Source: Eledone cirrhosa (Eukaryota). Taken from it: a stretch of DNA of 64,000 bases. The number at the start of each line of letters is the position of its first letter. The stretch's first letter is position 1. Positions 52,820-64,000 of this stretch are shown in pieces. The notes below the pieces were generated by a model. It was not told where the DNA came from and made no database searches. It saw nothing but the letters and a program-made list of their open reading frames with translations. The translations under genes and the position numbers were made by a program. The stretch covers positions 226,300,001-226,364,000 of the forward strand of contig OZ024742.1 in NCBI GenBank assembly GCA_964016885.1, read 5' to 3'.

Positions 52820-55800
52820 TTTATGACCATGCTGTAAAATGGAGGGGTAAAGAGGGCCCTTGAGTCTAGTAAGGCATCCTCTCTAGTGCTGGTGGCACAA
52901 ATAAAAGCACCCAGTCCATGCTGTAAAGTGGCACTGGTGTTAGGAAGGGCATCCAACCAGTGTATCAATGCAAAAACTCTTATCAGCACAGCAACAAATA
53001 GGAACAACAACAAAATATGAAGACGTCGCATCTCAGAGTTGCAACACTTAATGTTGGAACTCTCAGAGGTAGATCTGCTGAAATAGCGGAGATGCTGGAG
53101 AGAAGGCAGGTGGATGTGTGCTGCGTGCAAGAGGTGAGATGGAGAGGTGCCTCTGCGAGACTAGTCGGAGGCAAACATCTTAGCTATAAGCTTTTCTGGG
53201 TAGGTAAGGATGATGGGTTAGGAGGAGTAGGCATTTTGCTGGCTGAGAGATGGATCAATAAGACAATAGAGGTAGTTCGAGTTAGTAATCGAATAATTAA
53301 GCTTAGATTAGTTGTAGGCAGGAGACTACTGACAATCATCTCTGCCTATGCTCCCCAAGCAGGCCTAGGCAAAGATGAGAAAGACTGCTTTTACGAGCAA
53401 CTTTTACAAACAACCACAATGACAGAGGACGGAGACATCGTTATGCTAGCAGGGGACTTCAATGGTCATGTTGGACAGCTCCAGGAGGGTTACACTGGGG
53501 TACATGGTGGGCACGGTTACAGCTCAAGAAATGAAGAAGGAGTGAGACTTCTTGAATTTTGTGATGCAAGTACACTGACTATTTGCAACACAAACTTTCA
53601 GAAACCTGCCGATCACCTAATAACCTACAAATCTGGTGAGCACATAAGCCAGATTGACTTCTTACTAGTTAGGCAGCGGGACAGGCAGATAGTGTCTAAT
53701 ACCAAGGCATACGCTGGGGAAGAATGTACCCCACAGCATAGGTTAGTCGTTAGTGATATCTCAGTAAGCAAGAGATGGAATGAGACATACAGGAAGGTAT
53801 GGAGAAGAAAGGTCTGGAAGCTAAAAGACCTTTCACTAAAATACAACTTTAGGAAAGCCCTTCAAGATGTATTTGACGAAAAAGAAGACGATTTAGAGAC
53901 GTATGACATAGATAATAACTGGAATTTTTTACGTGACAATTTGCTGAAGGTTACTGATGAAACTTGTGGCTGGAGCTGAGCTCCAACCAGACAGAGAGTG
54001 AACTGGTGGTGGAACAGCACAGTAGATAAGGCCATTAGAGACAAAAGACTAGCATGGAAGGCTTGGAAAAAGGTTGGAAGTAGGGAAGAATATATAGCCG
54101 CTAAGAGAGAAGCTAGACGTCAGGTGTACTTAGCACGCAGGGAGGCTGAGAGTAGGAGGTTTGCCAATGTTCTGCGACGGGAAGATCAGAGGCGTGCAGT
54201 GTTCCACATTGCAAGGCAGTGTGTCAATGCAAATCAGGATGTTGTTGGAGATAAATGTGTCCGGAATGCTGCCAGTGTACTTAGTGTCACGAATGATCAG
54301 AAAAAGGAGGCCTGGAAATGTCATTATGAGAGACTGATGAATGTGGAGAACGAATGGGAGAGAGAGAAATTACTCTTAGTAGATCCGACAGAGGGACCAG
54401 CTATTGAGATTGACGAATATAGGGTCCAAGAGGCGATTAAGGAAATGAAAAATAGTAAGGCTGCTGGACCATCGGGAATAGTTGCTGAGATGTTAAAGGC
54501 ATCAGGGGACGCATCATCAATCAGGCTATATATGGTGATGTCATACCCAAAGACTGGTGCAGCAGTATTCTCATAAATTGCTACAAAGGTAAAGGGGATG
54601 ATCTGGAGAGGAGCAATTATAGGGGTATAAAACTGATGGATCGAGTTATGAAAGTGTCAGAAAGGATATTAGCACAACTAATTAGAGAAAGGGTCAAACT
54701 AGATGAGATGCAGTTTGGTTTTGTGCCTGGGAAGAGTACAACAGATGCCTCTTCTTGGTGAGACAATTGCAAGAGAGGTTCTTAGAGAAAAATAAGCCAC
54801 TATACTTAGCCTTTGTTGACCTAGAGAAGGCTTTTGATAGGCTACCCTGATCTGTCATCTGGTGGTCCCTAAGGAAACTAGGTGTTGAGGAATGGCTTGT
54901 GAGGACAGTGCAAACTTTGTACAGAGGTACAGTCAGTAAAGTCAGGGTAGGAGTGGAGTTTAGTGAGGAATTCCAGATACAAGTAGGAGTACATCAAGGT
55001 TCAGTCCTCAGCCCGCTCTTGTTCATTATAGTCCTCCAAGCCATAACAGAGGAGTTTAAGACTGGCTGTCCATGGGAACTTCTCTATACTGACGATCTGG
55101 TTCTTATAGCAGAATCAGTAGAGGAGCTAGAGAATAAATTCTGGCTATGGAAACAGCAGTTGGAAGCAAGAGGACTGAGAGTGAACCTAGCTAAGACAAA
55201 AGTGTTGATGAGTAGAAAAGAGGACAAAACTCTGATTCCATCAGGGAAATGGCCATGTTCGATATGCAGAAAAGGAACTGGCATAAATTCCATAAAATGC
55301 ACACAATGCAGATCCTGGGTACACAAGAGATGTAGCGGGATAGCAGGCAAACTAACAAGTAGGGAGAAATATGTATGCAGTAGATGTACAGGGAAATTAG
55401 ACAGTAGAAGTCGCATTGATAGACACATTTTTCAAATGCAGGCGGGTGCTATAGAAGTGGCGGATAGCTTTCGGTACCTAGGAGATCAGATTAGCATGGG
55501 AGGAGGGTGTTCCAAGGCCATAGTATCTAGAATAAGGATGGGTTGGAAGAAGTTTAGGGAGCTGCTTCCTCTACTGACGAAGAAGGGTTTCTCCCTGCGT
55601 ATGAAAGGCCAGTTGTATGATGCCTGTGTGAGGAGCGCGATGCTGCATGGTAGTGGGACATGGGCAGCAACTGCAGAGGATATGCGATGGCTGGAGAGAA
55701 ATGAGGCAAGCATGCTCCATTGGATGTGCAGTGTAAATGTGCGTGAATGACCCAGCATGAATGTGTTGAGAGAGAAACTGTGTCTGAGAGGGATAGAATG

Positions 55801-56118
55801 TAGTGTACAGGAGAGGAGACTGAAGTGGTATGGAGATGTGATGTGCATGGAGGATGACCGATGGGTGAAGAAGTGTCAGGAAATGCCAGTTGAAGGAAGA
55901 CGTGGTAGAGGTAGACCACGAAAAACATGGGCGGAGGTGGTGAGAACAGACCTCAGATCGTTGAAGCTCACGGTGGAGATGACGAAGGACCATGACGAGT
56001 GGAGAGATGCTGTGCTGAATAAGACCCGTCCCACCCTTGCGAGCAGGGTGGGACGGGTCTTATTCAGCACAGCATGCAGGGAAGAGCGGACGTAAAATAA
56101 CGATGATGATGATGATGA

Positions 56119-56120
<2 letters not shown>
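52820..56120 (+). mobile_element. Full-length decayed RTE LINE subfamily C, copy 2
   Basis: ORFs 53017-53979 (APE), 53998-54576, 54899-55750 (RT/PHD), 55757-56095; (GAT)n tail. Confidence 0.93.
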
Positions 56121-56160
<40 letters not shown>

Positions 56161-56329
56161 AATATGGGGAGAAGAATACTGCATGGTTGCACATGGATTA
56201 CATGTTATAAAATGAGTCCCTCATCAGTGATATATATATATATTTTTTTTATCGATCGACATTCGTCAAATCGGACCGAGGAAACAATGTTTCCATTGGT
56301 CTTTCCAATTGCTAATACTATCTATCGGT

Positions 56330-56463
56330 CGCAACTCCAGGTAGAAGAGCAACGTGAAATAAAGTGTCTTGCTCAAGGACATAACGCATCACCTGGTCCG
56401 AGAATCGAACTCACAACCTTACTATTGCGAATCCAATTCTCTAACCACTCAGCCACACGCCTT
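56330..56463 (-). mobile_element. SINE head fragment (family of 52520-52660)
   Basis: TGAAATAAAGTGTCTTGCTCAAGGA..GAATCGAACTCAC..CTAACCACTCAGCCAC. Confidence 0.75.
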
Positions 56464-56527
56464 CACGTTGCTTTATTGTACTACAATAAAACTCACCTAC
56501 AATAAAACTCACCTCCTACATATATAT

Positions 56528-57984
<1,457 letters not shown>

Positions 57985-58061
57985 ATGAAGGAAAAGTGGT
58001 AAGGAACCAGGTGGACCATAATGCACCAAAGTACTCAATACTTGAGGTAGTAGAGTGGGTA

Positions 58062-58374
<313 letters not shown>

Positions 58375-58457
58375 GGAGGTGAGTTTTATTGTAGTACAAG
58401 AAAGCAATGCAGATATCGGATAAGAAGCACTCTACAGTTTGTAGGACTGGAGTATAC

Positions 58458-58728
58458 ATAATATATAAGAACAAAAGATGGTTAAAAGAGTTCCATGTAT
58501 TTTATTATGCGCATTTCAAAAACAAATATAATCATGCAATAATATTTGTGTTTTCATCAGATAAAACAGGAAGACATGATATGAAGGTTAAAAAAACACT
58601 TGTGGATAGTGCAGTTTTAAATCAACATATGAAAACTGATGAAAACACAAATATTATTGCATGATTATATTTGTTTTTGAAATGCTCATAATAAAATACA
58701 TGGAACTCTTTTAACCATCTTTTGTTCT

Positions 58729-58738
<10 letters not shown>
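58458..58738. repeat. Inverted repeat, 103-bp arms, 75-bp spacer
   Basis: 58458-58560 vs 58636-58738, one mismatch seen. Confidence 0.93.
58499..58567 (-). ncRNA. Type I hammerhead ribozyme
   Basis: Minus strand GTTTTAT-CTGATGA-AAACACAAATAT..ATATTTGTTTTT-GAAA-TGCGCA-T-A^ATAAAAT; palindromic ATGCGCAT stem III. Confidence 0.82.
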
Positions 58739-58776
<38 letters not shown>

Positions 58777-58778
<2 letters not shown>

Positions 58779-59798
58779 TTAGCTTTTGTTGACTTGGAGA
58801 AAGCCTTTGACAGTGTACCCCACTCGATTATCTGGTGGACCCTTAGAAAACTAGGTGTTGATGAGTGGCTTGTGAGAGCTATACAAGCCATGTATAAAAA
58901 AACAGTCAGCAAGGTTAGAATTAACAACAAATATAGTGAAGAGTTTAGCGTAAAAGTTGGTGTTCATCAGGGCTCCATCCTTAGCCCCCTACTATTTATT
59001 ATTGTCCTTCAGGCTATAACAGAGGAGTTCAAGACCGGCTGCCCATGGGAACTCCTATAGCTGAATCAATGGCTGAACTAGAGAAGAAATTCCAAACATG
59101 GAAGCATGGCCTAGAATCAAAAGGCCTTAAAGTTAACTTGTCTAAGACTAAAGTTCTAGTTTGTAGGAAGGAAAATAGGGCACCGGTGCCATCTGGGAAA
59201 TGGCCATGCTCAGTGTGTAGGAAAGGAGTAGGTAGAAACTCCATTTTATGTCCCAAATGCAAAGTATGGGTGCATAAAAGATGTAGTGGGATCACAGGTA
59301 AGCTAACTAAGAATATAGAATAGACGGTAGGCAGACCCAGCAAAACCTGAGACGATTTGATAAATTCCGACCTCACACACTTACACCTCTCCACGACAAT
59401 GTCACTGGACCGAGAGCTTTGGTGCTACACAGTTATACAGAAGACCCGCCTTGCCTAAGTACAAAGCGAAACCTGCAGTCAGTAGGCACCTCTAACAAAA
59501 TACACCCCCGTCCCACTACCCCCACCCAGCCGTAGAAAACCTGCCAGACATGTAGGTGCCACGACAAAAAAACACAGTCCAAGCTGTTATGTGGCCGTGT
59601 AGGTAACACGGTAAAAACCTCCCAGACCCACACTGTAAATGTGGTTGGTGTTAGGAAGGGCATCCAGCCGTAGAAAACCCGCCAGACAGTTCTATACGAG
59701 CAGGACAACCAATCTTGCCTCAAGTGGGAAAACTCCCGTCCAAACCCATGCAAGCGTGGAAGATGGACGTTAAACAATGATGATGATGATGATGATGA
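58777..59798 (+). mobile_element. RTE LINE subfamily B, 5'-truncated, large internal deletion
   Basis: ORFs 58722-59060 and 59045-59323; 3' UTR; (GAT)n. Confidence 0.9.
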
Positions 59799-59835
59799 TA
59801 TACATACACATATGCTTTTCCTAATATTACATCAT

Positions 59836-59888
59836 CCCTGTACCCATGATACCGTGGAAGATGGATGTTAAACGAAGATGATGATGAT
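59836..59888 (+). mobile_element. ~50-bp RTE 3' terminus with 28-bp TSD
   Basis: ACCCATG..CGTGGAAGATGGATGTTAAACG..(GAT)n; ACATATGCTTTTCCTAATATTACATCAT at 59808-59835 and 59928-59955. Confidence 0.75.
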
Positions 59889-60027
59889 ATATATATATAT
59901 ATATACATCATGGGTGTATATATATATACATATGCTTTTCCTAATATTACATCATGGTTGGCTATACGGAATGACCAGTTGTATCCAGTGGTGAACCACC
60001 GAACTTAAATGAATACACATATATATA

Positions 60028-60660
60028 TAATAGCAGTGGTACCCGGCGTTGCACGGGATAAGGTATTTTGGAACGCGGGCCACCAACAGACCTAATCGTG
60101 GAAAAACTGCATGCCTGGACAATATGTAAGGAAAATAAACCAAATATTCTGATGGCTGGATAATCTTTAAGATTTTCCTCAATAAAGCAGGAAAAATGCA
60201 GGTTTTCACCTATTGCGGGCCCTAGGGGATCAAGAAAATGAATTTTTTATGTGCATAATATGGCTTGAAATTTCAGGAAAATTGGCTAGATGTAACGCCT
60301 CAAAAAATCCCTAAAAAGCTGAAAAAAAAGAAGTTTTTCACCTAATGCAGACCCTAGGCCATAAAAAAGTTGGATTTTCTTTGCTCACAGTATGAAGAAG
60401 AGACTGACTAATACATAGTTACAATTTCAAGGAAATCGGTCTGGCGTAACGCCTCAAAAAACCCTAAAAAGCTGAAAAAACACAGTTTTTCACTTAATAC
60501 GGGCACTAGGGGATCAAAAAGTCGAATTTTCTGTGCATAACACTCCCTGAAATATAAGTAATACACATGTAAAGTTTGAAAAAAGTCGTTTGGGTACTTC
60601 TCGAGTTTTAGGGATTCAAACTCACAGACACACACACACAGACAGACATCCTTAGTTTTA
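60028..60660. mobile_element. Non-autonomous Helitron/Helentron-like element with internal ~130-155-bp repeats
   Basis: TAGCAGTGGTACCCGGCGTTGCACGGG hairpin at one end; three GTTTTTCAC..CTAGG units; (CA)n/CAGA microsatellite at the other end; family call is inference. Confidence 0.6.
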
Positions 60661-61883
60661 TCATCATCACCGTTTTACGTCCGTTCTTCCACGCTAGCAT
60701 GTTTTAGACAGGTTGTCCTGTTGTGGGCAGTGTCCGGTCTGCTGTCCATGCCTTGCTCATACGGGAACTGATTCGGGCTTGATTTCTACAGCTGGATGCC
60801 CTTCCTAACACCAACCTCATTTACAGTGAGTGCTGGATGCTTTTTTTCCGTGGCGCCTACACGTCCACTTTACAGTGTGGGCTGGGTGCTTTTTTGCTGT
60901 GGCACCTCCACGACCACTTTGCAGTGGGAGGGTGTGGAGGCATATTGTCTATATGCTTCAGCTTCGGCTTGTACCCGTGGGGGGTCGGGTCTTCTGTATT
61001 ACTGCGTGACACCAGAGGTCACGGTCATGTGTCATCTCCTTTGAGAGGTGTAATTGGGTAAGGTCGACCTTTATCACCTCATCCCAGGACTTCTTGGGTC
61101 TCCCCACTCCGCGGTTTCCATCGACTTCTAGTGCTCTGCACCTTTTTATGCAGCTGTCATCCTTCATACGCATCACATGTCCATACCAACACAACCGTCT
61201 CTCCTCCACTCAGCATTTGATTCCTCTTATGCTCAGTCTCTCTCTCAATTCATTTATGCTTTGCCGTTCACGTATATTACTATTACACATTCATTGGAGC
61301 ATGCAGGCTTCGTTTCTCTCTAATCTATGTAAGTCTTCCACAGACAGTGCCCACATCTCACTACCATGTAACATTGCTGTTCGGATACACGCATCATACA
61401 GTCTGCCTTTCATTTTGAGGGAAAAGCCTTTTGCAGCTAACAGTGGCAGTAGTTCCCTGAACTTCTTCCATCCTGTTCTTTCCCTAGTTATTGTACTTTC
61501 TGAACACCCACCTCTGCTGCTAATTCGGTCACCTAGGTAGCAGAAGCTGTCTACAGTTTCTACAGAGCCCTCCCAGTTTGGTGGTACTTGTTTCCTGTGG
61601 CTGTTTGCTACTTGCTGTCCCAGCACAGCTGCTGCATGTGAAGCCTACACTCTTAGTTAAGCTTCCTGATATCCTGTTACATCTCTTGTGTACCCATTGT
61701 TTACATTTGGGGCAGAGAATTGAGTTCCTACCTACACCTTTCCTACACACTGAGGATCTGGGTTCTGTTTTCTCGTCTACTTACAAGGACCTTAATTTTT
61801 GTCAGGTTGACCCTGAGACCCTTTCTCTCTAGTCCCTGCTTCCAAGTTTGGAATTTCTTCTCTAGTTCTACCATAGATTCAGC

Positions 61884-61888
<5 letters not shown>
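60661..61888 (-). mobile_element. RTE LINE subfamily A, 5'-truncated
   Basis: Minus-strand ORFs 61743-61979, 61529-61750, 61291-61626, 60958-61209; 3' UTR matches 7512-7815. Confidence 0.93.
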
Positions 61889-61950
<62 letters not shown>

Positions 61951-61954
<4 letters not shown>

Positions 61955-62463
61955 GGAAAAGCATGAAACGAAATTTCATTTCTCACTCTTAGTATGGCTG
62001 ATACTTAAATGTAAGTATGTATACGTACATACATATATGTATACAGATGTACAGTAGTATGTATATATATATATATACATGTACACATATATATATGCAA
62101 GTATGGGTTTACCAAACATTTATTATAATGTTCGGTTTGTTTGTAAACAAACAGCCCGAATTACGCTTTACAGTGTTTGGCAACCGTCGTCGCCTTTTTG
62201 TTCAACACTGACACAGGAACAATGTACTAGTTTCAAGCTTATTAGCTATCGTCAGCATCGTATACCTTTCTGTCAGATGATTGAACGTTTGAAAGTATAT
62301 ACTTTCCTTATGCATATTAACGGCTGAGCAGCCTAATTTGCATATCGAGTGAGTTAGTCGGCCGGGCGAACCGAAAATGATAAATGGAAAAGGATAAAAC
62401 GAAATTTCATTTCTCACTCTTAGTACGGCTGATACTTAAATATAAGTATGTACACGTATGTAC
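61951..62463 (-). mobile_element. Second copy of the hammerhead-containing ~430-bp tandem element (~1.2 units)
   Basis: AAATGGAAAAG..AAACGAAATTTCATTTCTCACTCTTAGT at 61951 and 62383; aligns to 14881-15528. Confidence 0.82.
62219..62261 (-). ncRNA. Minimal type I hammerhead ribozyme
   Basis: ACGATG-CTGACGA-TAGCT-AATA-AGCTT-GAAA-CTAG-T-A^CATTGT; core identical to 15093-15135. Confidence 0.82.
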
Positions 62464-62626
62464 TACTGACTGTAGGTTTCACTTTGTACTTAGGCAAGGC
62501 GGGTCTTCTGTATTACTACGTAGTGCTAAAGATCTCGGTCCAGTGACATTGTCTTGGAGAGGTGTAAGTGCGTGAGGTCGGATTTTATCAAGTCGTCCCA
62601 GGTTTTTCTGGGTCTGCCTACTCCGT
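62464..62626 (-). mobile_element. RTE subfamily B fragment (ORF end)
   Basis: Reverse complement of ~11470-11635. Confidence 0.85.
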
Positions 62627-63079
62627 ACACACACACATATATATATATATGTAATCATCGTCAAGTGACTATTATACTACATTTATCACAATACATAAAT
62701 TCATCTACCCTGCTAGCACTGGTTGAAAGAATCATCACAGACCAAGTCAGTACTTAATTTGAGTTCCTGACCTCTGAATCAGGCCAGAGGTCGCCTTTTC
62801 ACTTAGATATTTCCCAGTACTCTCCAGAGTGCACTGAGTGCATTTTATCATGATACCTGCACTGGAAAGTTTATGCACATGACACAACTGAAGAGTCTTC
62901 TCAACCCTTATTCCAGAAAGTTTTCTATGGCTGGATGCTTTCTCTATCATCCATCTCATCACTATACCACCACTTGCCATCTCCATACCACCTCACCAGG
63001 GTCACAGCATGTGAAGAACCAGATCAAATACCTCAAGACATCTCACTTGACACTCTAATATTTCAACCAATCTACCACC

Positions 63080-63350
63080 ATGTATTTTATTGACCCTGAA
63101 AGAATGAAAGGTGAAGTTGACATTGGCAGGATTAGAACTCAGAAGGAAAAGAGCCAGGGCAAATACGGCGCAGCATTTTGTCCTACTCTCTAACAATTTA
63201 CAGCCTCAACTCCAAAAATATAACTTTGATATTAACTATTTTGCCTTTCATTTTCTCCTGGTTAGGGTGTTGGACTCATGATTATAAGGTCATGGGTTTG
63301 ATTCCTGGACTGGCATTGTATTCTTGAGCAAGATGTTTCAATTTACATTG
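63080..63350. mobile_element. Two old SINE fragments (~63080-63195 minus, ~63258-63350 plus)
   Basis: TTTATTGACCCTGAAAGAATGAAAGG..AACTCAG; GGTTTGATTCC..CTTGAGCAAG. Confidence 0.55.
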
Positions 63351-63689
63351 CTTTTCATGATAGGACTCCCATCATTAAAAAACCTGAGTAACTGCCTATG
63401 AGATGCAACATTGTAGAAAGCGAGCTAAACCTGCACAGGTGGGTGCTGCAAATTTTATGGAAAGAATAGCAAATATTATTGTAAACATTTTTAGGCCCAT
63501 GATGACAGTATTCTATGACTGGATGCCCTTCCTAATGCCAATCCAAATTATATTTTAATTTTGGTAGCAATTCCACTGACATTAGGGTGTCACTGTTTGC
63601 TTAAACAATGTCGATGAAGACGCACACACACACACACACACTAACACACACACACTCACACACACCATCATCAGCATTTAATGCCTGCT

Positions 63690-63991
63690 TTTCAGTCCAC
63701 ACTGTAAAGTGGTTGTGTAGGCATCACAACAAAAAGCACCGAGTCCACACTGTAAAGTGGTCGTGTAGGCATCACAACAAAAAACACCTAGTCCACACTG
63801 TAAAGTAGTCATGTAGGTATCACGACAAAAAACACCCAAGAGGTTGGTGATAGGAAGGGCATCCAGCTGTAGAAACCAAGCCAAAATCAGTTCTGTATGA
63901 GTAAGACATGGTCACCTGACCTAGCATTGCCCACAACAGGACAACTCATCTAACCCTAGTGTGGAAGAATGGACGTAAAATGGTGATGATG
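63690..63991 (+). mobile_element. RTE A-type 3' module without ORF
   Basis: Three AGTCCACACTGTAAAGT repeats, GGAAGGGCATCCAGC, terminal GGACGTAAAATGGTGATGATGA. Confidence 0.8.
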
Positions 63992-64000
63992 ATTTTCTAT

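Noticed and set aside
53720-53750. APE C-terminal motif reading PQH instead of SDH as a novel catalytic change
   Set aside because: To my knowledge QH variants are common in RTE-clade endonucleases; not treated as novel

Overview
Repeat-saturated, AT-rich animal genomic DNA; the SINE/LINE repertoire and microsatellite density suggest an octopus or other cephalopod (inference). No host gene could be supported. Contents: (1) about 15 copies or fragments of RTE-clade LINEs from three subfamilies (A, B, C) plus older relics. The better-preserved copies end in (GAT)n, most lie against (AT)n tracts, and A, B and C all carry a C4HC3 PHD finger inside the reverse transcriptase. (2) A young 5'-truncated Tx1/L1-group LINE with an open 927-aa ORF. 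(3) Two 79-bp satellite arrays (~9.6 and ~6.7 kb) in opposite orientation around a full-length decayed RTE. (4) tRNA-derived SINEs, MITEs, a Helitron-like element and a 62-bp minisatellite. (5) Several non-coding, (AT)n-flanked elements carrying type I hammerhead ribozymes, including a 430-bp tandem unit whose fold-back inversion starts at the predicted self-cleavage site. All alignments, pairings and coordinates were done by eye; repeat boundaries are approximate.
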